This document shows positions 31,995 to 45,700 of a stretch of 64,000 nucleotides of DNA, in pieces (positions within the stretch are counted from its first letter, which is position 1; each line of letters opens with the position of its first letter). The DNA comes from Tubulanus polymorphus (Eukaryota > Animalia > Nemertea): assembly GCF_964204645.1 (NCBI RefSeq), contig NC_134035.1, positions 1,364,001 to 1,428,000 on the forward strand, written 5' to 3'. The notes beneath the pieces are model-generated. The model made no database searches, was not told where the DNA came from, and was given only the letters and a program-made list of their open reading frames with translations. The translations under genes were made by a program, and so were the position numbers.

Positions 31995-32246
31995 ACACGC
32001 CATTTTATTTTGAGTAATCTCGCGCCATTTTTTCGAAGTCTCATCTCGCGCCATTTTATTTTGAAGTCTCATCTCGCGCCATTTTATTTTGAAGTCTCAT
32101 CTCACGCCATTTTATTTTGAAGTCTCATCTCACGCCATTTTATTTTTCATCTCCCGCCATTTTATTTGGAGGTAATCTCGCGCCATTTTATTTGGAGGTA
32201 ATCCCGCACCATTTTATTTTGAAGTAATCTCGCGCCATTTTATTTG
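31995..32246. repeat. 22-28 bp tandem array with nine perfect CGCCATTTT (YY1/Pho-like) cores
   Basis: Cores start at 31998, 32023, 32049, 32077, 32105, 32133, 32155, 32181, 32233; variant CACCATTTT at 32207. Confidence 0.9.
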
Positions 32247-32296
32247 TCTTTTTGCGCATCGTTGTTCTGTAATTAATCATATATCAACTCACTCAG

Positions 32297-32432
32297 TTAT
32301 GTATTGTAATATGTATTGTATCATGTATTATATTATGTATTGTATTATGTATTTTATCATATATTGTAATATGATATGTATTGTACCATGTATTGTATTA
32401 TATATTGTAATATGTATTGTATTATGTATTTG
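32297..32432. repeat. Low-complexity TATTGTA(T/A)TATG repeat
   Basis: Direct degenerate ~12-mer tandem. Confidence 0.85.
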
Positions 32433-33743
32433 TAATTACTCTTCTAACTCGGTTCTCTCTAATTAGTGTCAGTCTGCCTATAAATACTGATAAGTAGCGA
32501 AAGCTTGTGCGTCAAATAAACCTATATTGTATACTTATACTTGTCTCGTTATAATTATTCTAAACCCGGTTTATACCCCAGGCTCTTCTACGGAATAAGG
32601 GAACATCTTGTTTTAATTCGTGATTCGGACCCACTGTCGCAGCCTTCGTCAGTGGACACAGGACAACTCGGGCTGGATTCGAACCCTTGAAAGCTGCAGG
32701 CCCATTTCTCTTGGACATTGAGGAAAACTTCTAAGACTAAGATTCGATTTTCAACCTTTTTCGACGAAGAGAAATTCAGTGGGACAATACTCAGAATTCG
32801 AACTTGTGGAATGAACCTGTTTAGGAATTTTCTGCGTAAGCTTCACTTTTCTAGAGGAAATATATCAACTTCATATCGGTAACTATTACGGCGAGTAATA
32901 GGAAAAATTGTGCCGAAATTGAGAGTATTGAAACAAACACAGCTAACCTACACGGCTGTCTGGAATCAGTTGTTTCGGGATGAAAAATTTGCAGAAAATT
33001 CCGAAACATTTTCATTCCATCACGAGGAGACTGAAATTGACTGGTGGCCCACGTACGCTGGTCGAACTTTGGTTATCGGAGTTAGTCGCGACTATAGTCG
33101 AACTAAGTGAAACCGAATGTCAGTTAGTCGGAATTATATTCCGGAAATAGTTTGGAAATTAAGCGCATTCGGGTATTAGTTCCGACCACTAGTCGACTAG
33201 ATACGAGAACTGAATTTGGCCCTTACTGAGGAACTAGGATTCGGCGGACACGACCATCAGCCAGGGCCAAATTCGGATTTCGTATCTAGTCGACCAGTGG
33301 TCGGAACTAATAACCGAGAACTCAGAAAACCGAAGGTGGCCCATCCCGACCAGTCTGACCAGTGTGTGGTCGGCGGATGCGAGATTAATGTACAAGGCTA
33401 GCAACATCGAAGCCTCGCTTGGAAGGTCTCCACTGAAGGCGCTGCGATGCACTTATCTCGGTAAGTGGACTTTATTAGAATAACAGACACTAACCCGGAA
33501 TGCGCGAGGCGCAGAATTGGACAGGCGACCAGTCTATAACTGAAGGTAGACACCGGAAACCAGTCTAACAATTTGTGGTGATAATTAGTTCGGCCTAGGC
33601 TGACGTGTATTCCGACCGTTCACGGCGGTATTCAGCGTGACTCACTGTTGTTGTTGACTTGTTTTCACATGACACATAAACAGATTAAAACCTGAGTATA
33701 CTCTGTGGTTTATCAGATAAGTCGTCGATCGTATTTTTACAAT

Positions 33744-36700
33744 ATGCGTACTAACGGCAGCGGAGTCACTAATCAGCAAATCAATCCCGGTCATATCGGA
33801 ATTCATGGACAAAGTGCACGTCAAAACAACGTGTCGAAGTCCACCAGCAGCAGTCATAGTCCTCAAACTTGCTGCGGTTATTCTCAATCCCATCAGACGC
33901 AGTTATTAGAATCGGTCGCCGCCGCTAAAAACACTAACATCATTACAAATATCATGGATCAAAGCGATTGTGCTGTTCGCACGAACGACGCGGTTCCCGA
34001 GGAAATTCGACAGAAAGGATATCAATTTTGTCGCGAGTTTCTCGGAGGTGTTTGGTGTCAAATCGATCCGAGTGCTATTGATATTCGACCGGTTTGGTAA
34101 GTCAAAAGTGCGAGTTAGTCAGTTAGAAACTTTGATTTATCTCCAATAGGCCTCCTTGTCCGTGTCATCGCAAATTGGCAAATTAAGTCGCGAAGTTTAG
34201 CACCCAAATAATCACAGGGAGTCAAAAGTTATTGATTTTGAATCCCTACTAGACCTCCTGATATTTAATTTTTTGAAATAAACATTTCTGTGTAGGGGGA
34301 ATGAAAGTGCAAGAGTGTTGTTAGGTTATTATAGGCTAACAATTACTGTCTGCGTTTTAGAGTGGTAAAACTAAGCAGGCAAGTGGCAACAACTTTAAAA
34401 GAAATGTTTAATTTTTCAAGCATTTACGATGTTATAGAAGTCCTCAGAATATTCAATTGAGGATAAGGGTCTAAAGGGTATAGATAGGGTCTAAAGAGTG
34501 AGGGTAAGAGTAAGGTTTAAGTGGAGTGCTATAAGTGAAACATTAGGTGGAAAATCACAGCGAAAATCAAGAAATTCTGAACCATTTCTTTAAAATCAGG
34601 GGATAAAGAAGAAGTCGAGCAAATTTCAAATTTCTGATGTCTTCTTGTAACGAGTGGCATTATAAGGGACTTAGTGATAAGAAACAGCCTCCACTGAGGA
34701 TGATTTCCTGATGAACCCTGTAATGACTCAGGTTAAGGTTGTAATGAATCTCGCAGGTTTAACCTCTCCACTGAAAACACATTTATATAGGCCTATGCAG
34801 AGCTAGTTTTAGATCTCTCAGGTCTTAAGTTATTATTGAGTTGTTTGTATCATATACATATCATTCAACATAGAATGCAGATTGTGAGATAGGTCTATAT
34901 TGCTCTCATATTTGTCTAGACCTGTTAGTTAGGGATTTAGTCTTGGGCCTATCGTGGCCCTGTGGGTCGAGGTGGGGGTCAGTGGCAGTCCAGAAGGCAA
35001 TTTGGGGGTTCGAACCCTCCTTTTCTGAACAAGTGCCCTTTTGAAATCCACTCGATCTAAACGTTTTATCTCCTGTAAAGATCTTGATCTAAAATATGCA
35101 CTAAAATCGTATGAAAATGAACGTAAATCTGGCGTAGGATCCACTGCAAGCATTTCCCCCTGTGGCGCTCCTCGGGCCCCGGCCCTGACTAGATGCCCTT
35201 TTCATGTGAAATGAATTTCATCTCAAATGATCCGAATAAAGCGGGTTTTACCCACTATACTTATCAAGACATGTTTCTATCACTCGAGGCTCGATATAGG
35301 GCGTAAAAAAACTGGCATTTTTTACCATATAACTGTGTAATGTTTTTCATATATCGCCTTCTGGCAACTATTAATGAGCTTATTGTAAATATCTGGCCTG
35401 TGATATTCTCGATCACCAGCTGGCAAAGGAAAGATCAATATCTTCGAGTTCATTGTCCGTATTTCTATCGACAAAGATGTAGTGAATAGAATAGTAACGT
35501 CTTAATGCATTGATTTCTAATCAATCTTGTCCTCGCGAGTCTCTCCCCCCTCCTCACGAGGACGACTAGACCATTCGCCTTTTGTATTAATTACGTCTGA
35601 TGCAGTTCGAGGTCAACCTATTGTTTTTCGGACATGTGTCGTCCGTGAATCTCTTTGTCGAGGGGGTCTGGGATGATTAATCTGGTTGTCTATACCACCA
35701 GGGGCTGATGAAGGCTGGAAGGAAGGAAATTAATCTAATTATCATATTTTACATATATATTTACTTATGTATTGTGTGGATAGTAAGTAATATCTGAATT
35801 AGATCAAAATCCGGGTTAAACTGATTTGCAGCATTTTCAAGCTGAAGATACGTGCGCTAAACACAAACTGTTATTGTATTTTCTGATCCCCTTGATCCCC
35901 GCAGTGGTCGGTTTAAGTTTGACTCAATTATTGATGGTGTCTGATATTTTGACCATTGAGTCGAATCTTAACCAACAACTCATGGATTGCGTCTAGAAGT
36001 TCACAGTATAATAGCTTCACTGTACAGTACGTACAGTATGTACAGTATGTACAGTATGTACATACTGTTGTATACTGTTTTATTCGATTTTTATGGATAT
36101 TAAAAGACCACAATGTATATATTCCTATTCATTTACATGTATAATCAAAAAAATTTTCAATGAGGGTTCGTAAAAGGGTCAGAGTAAGAGTTCAGCGTTA
36201 GAGTATAAGGTTCAGGTTGAGGGCTATGTATGAATTCCGGTGGTTGTAGAAAGCTGCACTAAGCACGCAGTATGTGATGGGTTCAAATCCTGATTTTTAC
36301 CATTAAATGATGTGTTGTTATCGAAGGGGCTCTGTTTGAGTCAATATAAACGGTTTAATAATGAAATGATTACGATGTTGTTTGATAATTTCAGCGGTGG
36401 TTTGAGTAATCTACTCTACCTGTGTTCGTTGCCCGATGACGTCAGCCCGAGGAACGGTGAACCGCGTCGCGCTCTGCTGCGTATTTACGGTCAGTTGTTG
36501 CAGGAATGCATGGACACGGTGGTCGTCGATTCTGTGATATTCGCGCTGTTGTCCGAAAAGCGTCTCGGACCGAAACTGTACGGCGTATTTCCGGGCGGTC
36601 GCGTCGAAGAGTACATTCCAGTGAGTATCAACTCGTTCGACGCGTAGCAAAACATTGATATTTTTTTGCCTGTGACGAGAGAAATCCCACAATAACGAAG

Positions 36701-39700
36701 CCAAGATTGAAAAAATTCTATATCAGAATGATTGTATTTGAGGAGCGACGTTTCGGCTAACAACTGTTAGCCATCATCAGGCGTACTCAAATTCTAATCA
36801 TTCTGATATAGAATTTTTCAATCTTGGCTTCGTTATTGTGGGATTTCTCTCGTCATCATCGTACACGGATATTGTGTATCTTCTCGTCTAATTTTTTGCC
36901 TGTGTTTTTGTGGCTTTTTCTGCGCTGCAAAAAGCATATTCTGATAGTCGAAATGCTGCCCAATTGTACCTGCATGGCGGCAGGAACGTTACAGAGTCTC
37001 ATGATGCCATCAGTTTCAGTTCCCGCGAGGGAGGAATGTGCCAGAGTATCACGGTGCATCGAAGTTGGTTCTGTTCTGTGAGGGAGTAATTTAACGGGGT
37101 CTCATCGGGTTCAAATCCCTGTGAACAGGATCATTGTGGAGTCACGTGATGCATACCATCAAATCCCCCTGCGCAATGGATGATAATGATATTTTTATTT
37201 ACAGTCGAGAAGTTTAACTACGAAAGAGTTACAAGATCCGGACATATCGGGATACATCGCGAGAATCATGCGAAATTTCCACTCATTAGACATGCCGTTA
37301 TCGAAGGAACCGCGATGGATTTTCGATTTGACCGATAAGTGAGTGTTTGAGAAAAAAAATTACGTCACGTATGTGACGACCAATGTCTATTGCGGTTTCT
37401 CTCGAAATCTGAAGTGAATGAAGTTTTTCGAAAATGAACCTTAGATTTGACAATACATTTCTCTATTTCATGGCCTAATCATAAGAAAATGATGGGAACA
37501 TATCTTTATACTCTGGAAAAAATGTTGACATTGGTTGTTAAGAACCCTTAACCCGTTCAGTGCTGACTAATCAATGCCTTTAAGTGCTGGAGATAATTTT
37601 AAAGAATTCGGCCCCGGTGTGTTGAACACTACTGGCGCACCACTGTAGCGGGTCAACACAGGTGCTGCCATCTTTCATTAGATAATAACATCAATACATG
37701 GCAGTGCGGTGTACCAGTACGTTGTGTATCACTGATTTATACGCTGCACTGTGGTGTAGACGCGCTGAAAGGGTTCAAAGTGCAAAATTTCACCTGAGTT
37801 TTGATGCTTGATGACGTTTTTTTTTTTTTAATGGCGACGATATTTTTCCAGGTGGATCAAAGAATGTCGCGAGTTCACGCCGGAAAATCGCGCGAAGAAT
37901 CTTCAGCAGACGAGTTCGAATCGGGTCCAGCGACCGACCACCGAACAATACGTGAAACTGATGTCTTATAATTACGAAGAGGAATTCGAATGGCTCAGGT
38001 ATGTCAGGTATCAGTCACTGGTCTCGCTCATCGGTCCGCGGTTCTAATCAGTGCAGGGTAGCCACTCAACTTGAAATCAGGGGCCAGTTGCGCAGTCGTG
38101 ACTTAATTCCAAAAGTTGTTAGATTGTCTATAGAACTAAGTTGGTCTTAGACTGGTCTTAGGTCTAAGCCATGACTATGCAACCGGCCGCTGGGATACAA
38201 TCAGCTTTTCTTTTAAGTCTGGGAATAGACAAAGAATTTTTTTTAAAAAAGCTAAAAGTCAAGAGGAAAACGCAAGAATATTAAGGCTTTTGAATGATGT
38301 GAATGAAATATGTCAATTTTGCCTTGCAAAAATGCTTAGAAAGTGCTCAATTTTCCCTAAGCCTTATTGCTATGAACCCTGCTGTTATACGAGCTTACCC
38401 CCCAAAAAAATGAATTACGATCATAGTTAATGAATAAGCGTCCCAATTTCTGGGACAGTTATAAGAGATTGGTCAGTTGGTGACTGAGAGTTTCGAAAAT
38501 CCCAGACAGACTTCGTAGGTTGGTTCTAAATACGGAACAAGAGAAGGAGTTCATTCAATATTCATATCACGTTTCGTCTTGTCTCGCTGAATAGACGTTG
38601 ATGTTCTCGCAGCTGTCTCCTCTTGCTCTGCGTATATTTTTTTTAAAAAGCCACATATTGTTGTAATTGTTTGAACGGTCTTTCTTTCCAACCTAGTCAT
38701 CGAGTATTTCAGACCATTAATTTACATAATAGGAAATGAATAGAACAATAACAACAACTTAGTCAATATCTGGAATAAATGAATTACGGCGTTTAAAACT
38801 TTTGAACAGAGTTTCGGCTGAGTAAAATTGAAATTGATAGAATTAGTAGGCGGGCCTTGTTGCGACCTGCCCTTTGACATTGTTCAACGGTCATATTTAT
38901 TACGTTAAGTTATTACGTAATATTTATGCCAAATCAGGAAAACTCGTCCAAACAACAAGAATCAGATCCCTCAGATGAGACTTGAAAAGAATGATATAAA
39001 GTCGACTTTATTCTAATACTGTCTATACTTTAATCATAAGGCTGAAATAAAACGATACCTTGTTTCTCCTAATCGGCTAGGTCATTTTGTAAACCGCAGT
39101 AAAATTTGTAATCAGCTCATTTCTAGGCCGCCGGCTGTGTCAACTTTTAAACATAGCAGAAATGAGAAACAAAGTATACATTTTTTCTAGCCTAAAATGG
39201 AATATCATTCTATTATTATCACGTAGACAGATTGCACTAAATCTATATCAATATTTCAATCATTCTTTACTGATGATAAAATGATAAGTGAAGACATTAT
39301 ACATGTGCATTATGATGACGATATCAATCTCAATAAATTGTTTTTTAGTATGTGGAAAATCACGAACAACCTAGAGGCCTATATTAAATCGCGATCACCT
39401 CACATGTTAATCGTGAAAGGTTTTGGTCACAGCTGAACTAAACACATGTCACTCAATCCGAATTTATTGATTTAGGTAGTGATATTAGTATCCTCTCAAC
39501 CGGTATTTCAGTAGCCGTGACCATCTGTCCTTCCCGACTGATTCTAGGCATACCGTACGCGATTTCTGATGTAACATTCGACATTTCTGAACTCGAAATA
39601 AACCTTTGTATTCATTATTGGTTTTTGTAGGCAAACTTTGTTGCTGGTGAAATCTCCTGTGGTTTTCTGTCATAATGATTTCCAAGAAGGTACGTATAAA

Positions 39701-42700
39701 TGTATATATTGAGATAACATTGCGTCATGTGTTACCGTCTCGTTAAAACGGCGTTCATACGTGATCCAACCCCTGGATGCTTACCGGGTTTCTCCCTAAA
39801 TTTGCATCTTTCATGGCTTATTTCTTCAAAGATATCTTACACTTAGGATGGGACCTTTGACATGGTTGCATTATTTTAAAAATACCTTTCCGTTCTTATC
39901 AGTATTAAAATGGTTTTTGTTATATGTTGAATCGAGGACATTATCTATGAAATAAAGTGCAAGCCATCGGAATTTTAAATAGTCATAGAAAGCCATTATG
40001 ACAGATATCAGGGCACCGAATTTCTAAATCTGCTGGTGTATGTGTATATGTTAATTATGAACCTTGTCAACAATGATGTCACAGCATGTCGTTATGTCTG
40101 TCTGTCTGTCAATCGCGAGCTGCCTGAATTAAGATGATGTTGGTAGTGAACAGTATGGTGAATATTGTCTTCTAGTCAAATCATCAACTGATTTGTTTCT
40201 GAGTATCATCTCATTACAGCTTTCAACTGCCGGCCTTAGATTGTTCACTGAAGAGATTAACTCTTAAAGGTTTCGTTGTTTCTGGAGTCCATTTTCCCAA
40301 TTGCACATCCATGATTTCTACTGGTGAAAGAATTCCGCCTAACCGCGCGGAGCCCTGGCCTAGTTCAACTGCCCCCCTTCCCCGACTGGACTGAAAAACT
40401 GATTCTGCTGTCACTAAAACATATAAAACGCATAACATTTTTTTTCTCGAATTTCAATAACAGCTTTTATTTGAATTAAAAAAATTGGTCGATTATTGTA
40501 AAGAATAGATGTCGACGTAAAGAGAGAGCTTACACAGCTGTTTTGTACCCGTTGAATGACGTTGATATATTTATTCATCAGTTCGAAAATCAATTTTACA
40601 AAACGATATAAAATGTCATGAAATTGTTTTAACGTCACGCGCGTGTTCTACTAATATTGACGCGAAAAACCGTTTTCATTGTTCGACATTTTGATAAACT
40701 AGATTTATCATTTATTATGATTCGTAATTTTTAGCTGAGAAATACTGATTTGTGAAAATATACAATAGTGTGACTGAAGAGAGTCTTAAGCCAAACGCAT
40801 ACGACAGGCGGATCTAGAAAGGAAAGGATCTATGAAAATTGGATAGCCCCGGTCCAGAAGAAAAGAAAAAGGCATTTTTCAGATAAAATGCTAGCCATGT
40901 CGAAGGCCACTGGCAGGGTCCCATCCTCGATATTAGATATCTTTTGAAGAAATTAACCCGAAAATATGCAATATCCAAGAGAATGACAATATGCCGGTTT
41001 TATCAGTTTTTGACGTGATGAAAAGGCCAACCCCAACGAGAAGGCAATGGCCGGATACCCGGGAACAACCCCTGAAATATTAGATGCTATAGAACATCCC
41101 CTAGAATATTAGATGCTAAAATATTGGACGCTATCGAACACCCCCTGAAATATTAGATGCTATGGATGCCTCTAAATTTGTTTCTAATTGCAGAAACCTA
41201 GATTTCAGTTGCAGACCTGGGTTGGGTATGACTACTACTATCTGAGAGTAGTTTCTACTCATTTTAAGAGCTCAATTACTTCCAAAAATGTCACTCAGAA
41301 TCAGAATAATTTGTAGTTCACTATTTGGTACGCAGGTCTGCAGTTGGTCTCACACCATTGTTTTCAAAACCATGCTGCTATTCATCTAATATAATTTTCT
41401 AAACCATATGTTTATGTATAAATGTTATATCGCACGTTATGTAGACATGTCGCATATTTCTATCGATAGTTACACTGTCGAGATTTCAGGCGACATTTCC
41501 TATGAAACTCGTATCCTGAGAGCGTGTTTTGAACTTTGCTTTCCGGCGAAATAAAAGGCGCTTTACGCGATAACAATTGTCATTCAATCGTTCGTTTTTT
41601 CTATTCGTAGGTAATATCCTATACTTGCCCGGCACCGATGGCAACAGTGATTTCGAATTGATGCCGATTGATTTCGAATATTGCGGTTATAACTACAGGT
41701 AAATATTTAGTTTCGTAGTTACAACTCGTATGAATGTGTAACGGCTTCAGTTATCTGTCGTATTATATCGTATTATTACAGGGTTTGTATTACTCCATTT
41801 AAAAATTCTAGATTCCGCGAAAACTCTTCTCAATTGACGGCCGCACATCTCCTCTAAATATTTGAGAAATTAAACGCTGAACCTGGTCGATTTTCGTTAG
41901 AATCAATTTTTTTAAATGCAAATCTCCCTATGAGATATGAGATCAAATCACACTTAGTAGCACGGAAATGCCTCTTAGATTAATTACTGCTGCAGATTTT
42001 TGTGATATCAGAAAACTCAAAAATTACTATGTAAACATTCTCAAATTTTCACTCAAGAGGTGTTTGGAAGCAACAATAATACAGTGATACTCGTGTCACT
42101 GAATCCGTCTTTTGAAATCATGAAATCTTCGCTAATCTCACTTAAATTGATCGTTGTTCCAGTAAAACTTGTTCTAAGTCGGAATGAATTTCTAGGCCTC
42201 GAATTTCCCAGTTCGTTTTCCGACTTACGCAAGTTTTACTGTCGTACACGTGAAATTCTCGTGATAATCTCGTTTGATTACGCCTTAACCGAATCTGTAC
42301 TGGACATCAGCGCTTAACACTAAGATCTAAGACAATTTTTGGTTCTTTCCTCAAAAGGACTGGATGTGTGTTTTTAACCACTTGAGTACCACCGGGTGAA
42401 ATGTGGGTCGCTACACCGGGTTATTGTTAAACTGCCTGGTATTGATGGGTGTTCATTGATCGTTTACTGCGTGCGGTTGCCACTCTCCTCAAGATTTTGA
42501 TACAGAGGGCACCACTATCGTTGAACTATAAGTACAGTAAAAGTCGTTTATAACGCCGCTGTTGGAACTGACACTATAACACATTTGACATTATAACGAA
42601 TATGTGTTAAAGACAATGGTGTTTTCATTAAATTTGAGTTAGATTTGACAAATCTGTTCTCTGAGAAATGTTTACGTTATCAAATGGGTTTAGATTCGAA

Positions 42701-45700
42701 TTTTCAAAGCAATATGAGCGGGAAAGCTTTCGATAGAACATGCAAAATGTTAGAAACTTGAGGACTATAGTGATTTAACTAATTGATTTCCTAGAGTCGA
42801 AATTCACGAAAAAAGCTGCGGGGATTCCTGTGTTAAACGTGACCTGGTACTCAAGAGGTTAAATCCATCATACGATTAACATCGAAATGATAAGAACCCG
42901 AGCAGACGGACGGACGGATCGGGACCGTCCGGCGGGGACCCCCTCTCCTGTCTAATCTATGTGTCGATGTATGTTAACGTTTTTGTAGAGGATTTGATAT
43001 CGGCAATCATTTCTGCGAGTGGGCGATCGACTACAAGGTCGACGTGCCACCGTTTTACGAGTTTGACGCCGATGGTTACCCGTCGAAGGATCAACAGGTA
43101 ACGAATACAACAGACAATAACAAAAAACAAACGTGTAAAACCACTTCACCGCTCTCCTCTCTCCTCTCTCTTTCTCGATATTATTTCGATATCGAGTTGA
43201 ACCCGGTTGCGAGAGAATATGATTTCGTGTTCGAATATTTGCCGAAGAAACATGGCCGAAATAATCGAGTCTCGAAAAATGCCAATCAAAATATACGCTG
43301 AGGGCCTGATTTGAACATTGACCCTGCAGAGGGGGTTGGTTTTATTGATCAACTGAGGGGGGGGGGGTGGTTTCGTTCGCCAGTTTCAACTCAAACTCGG
43401 GGTTTATTCGTTCACTTTGTGGCTTCATATTCTACATTGTCTATCATGGAATTATCGATTGTATTGTTGATTTAATAGATAGTTCAGCTTTTTCTAATAA
43501 CACTGTAATTGGTTGCGGCATGATGCGTTCAGTTGTACCCCACTTGTAACATCGTTTTTAATGCAGTGTCCACAACTGAAACTGAATTCGGTTATTTTCG
43601 ATGATTTAGTTCATTGCTGATGAAACGTGACTATACGCATGAAGTCTACGCTGCAGATGACGCACGTTGCTCGGATATCCGCGAAGCCATCAAGCTAGAA
43701 ACAGTTAAAGCAGAAGCCCTCTCTGTTTTAAATCCAAAGCCCACCACACACTAGCGACAACCAGCGTACTGAGTTCATCGGCGACATTGACGCCAAAAAC
43801 AATTCACCTGGGCTGGGTTTCATAGATGTGGAAGAAAAATAGTCCCCGGGAACATTTTGAAATTTGTCAGTTATTACCATGGTTTCTCATTGTAACCATG
43901 GTGGTTGTTACCTAGATTGAGGATTTACCCCTAGGGATAACTTTGATACTCAGTCTATGAAACCAGGCCCTGCGCTCTAACTTAGCGTACTGCGTCTGTC
44001 GCTATTGTCAATCATGTGATCAGTCAATCCAATGATATACTCGACTCACGGGTATCTGACTAAATCTGACGGCGAGTAGCTGAATAACACACAGATTCGG
44101 CATATTTGTTACGTCTCAAAAAATTGAAGTGAAAATAACAGTTGAAAATGTGACTAGGTGAATTCTATGCCAGTGAATTTGTTGTGAGGTACTTGGTTAC
44201 AATGCCACATATCGAAGTGGAACCGCGCGCTAGGCGTATTTGTCATGGCGTACTTGTTGCTAGTGTGCGACCACCGGCTTAAGTCGCTCCCATTAACTAT
44301 CCACTAGGTCCGTCTGGTTGGTTATAGCTGCAACTGCACGCATTGTTGCGAACAGTTTCAGTGTAAGACTCGATACTGGGTACTGGACCCTTTTCTCGGT
44401 TTTGGAAAAGGTCTCTCGTGAAATACGGATATGTTGTTTAATAGAAAATCACTTCACCGTCAACTGATTTGGACTCTGCTGTATCCTTTAGACTAGTCGA
44501 CTGTACTATACTATATCTCGTAGTGTTAGTGATGCGGCGCATTTGAAATGAATTTTTTTGGTTGCCGTGGTGCGGTGTACTAGTAAATCCCTCACCAATC
44601 TATACACCGTACTGCAGTATAGATGCACTGAAAGGGTAAAGGAGGGGAAAGGTTACTCTCTGCATGAAAATAAGTCGCAAACATGCGCTGGTTCATTTCG
44701 GCATAGTGGCTGAATATGCGTCGCGATGTGGCGGTGAAGGTGATAAAACGCGACCTATTGAAATAAAAAACCCTACATATCCGTATAAAACCTGTTTCTA
44801 TCGACGAAAATTCATAAAAAACGTGTGCGTTATCGGATGAATTACGGTCATCAACTATCCGGGATAGCGTGTTTACGGCAGCAGCAGCAGCAGCAGCAGC
44901 GTGGTAGAAGTGTGATTACGTTGTCTATTCTAATGTTGTCGGTGGTTTTTTTTCGTTTCAGGGGCTGCGAAATCGGTAATCACTTTTGCGAGTGGTTGTT
45001 CGACTACAACACGACCGGCGCGAATAATAAATCATTTCTCTTCAATCCCAATTGGTTTCCGTCGAGACAACAGCAGGTATTCATTTCCCCGCCGGCCCTC
45101 GAGCCCGAGGCAGGCTTGGCTCTTTTTTGGGGTGATTTTAGTTGCTGATCACAACTGAGTCTTTCAGCGGCACTCATTTATCAATTCCGAACATTTGAAA
45201 TGTATATTCTGATGTAGAATCCCACGCTAATGATCAAATATCATATATTTGTCAACTCAGTTTTCTTGAAGGTGACATTTAGGCTAAGAAAACAACGTGC
45301 TTCGTGAAATAAACATCTTGCTAACGCAAGAGATTAACTGACAGAAAGAGCCAAATCCTCTGGGGCCGGTTCCATAGTCAAGACTTAAGACCAAAAGTGG
45401 TCTTAAATCTTATAGATTGGCTCTAGAACTAAGTTGGTTTTAGACTGGTCTTAACCTGCCAAATCCTCTCATCAATTAACTTGTGAATTTCTATTTTTGA
45501 AATTACAACTTTGGCATCGATTATATTTTTCACCAATTTCTTGTGTTTCAATAGATGCAATGATAATGATCGTGATACTGTGAATTATATACGCTGAGCC
45601 TGTAACCTGACGGCCGTAAACGGCAACTAAAATCACCCGCAAGTCGCCGCCAGCCTCAGCTTTACGCTTGCACGTCACAGCTCACAACTCTTCTTCTACT

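Noticed and set aside
32625-32660. Additional hammerhead-like cores (also ~40775-40800)
   Set aside because: GAAA box is mutated and stems cannot be completed
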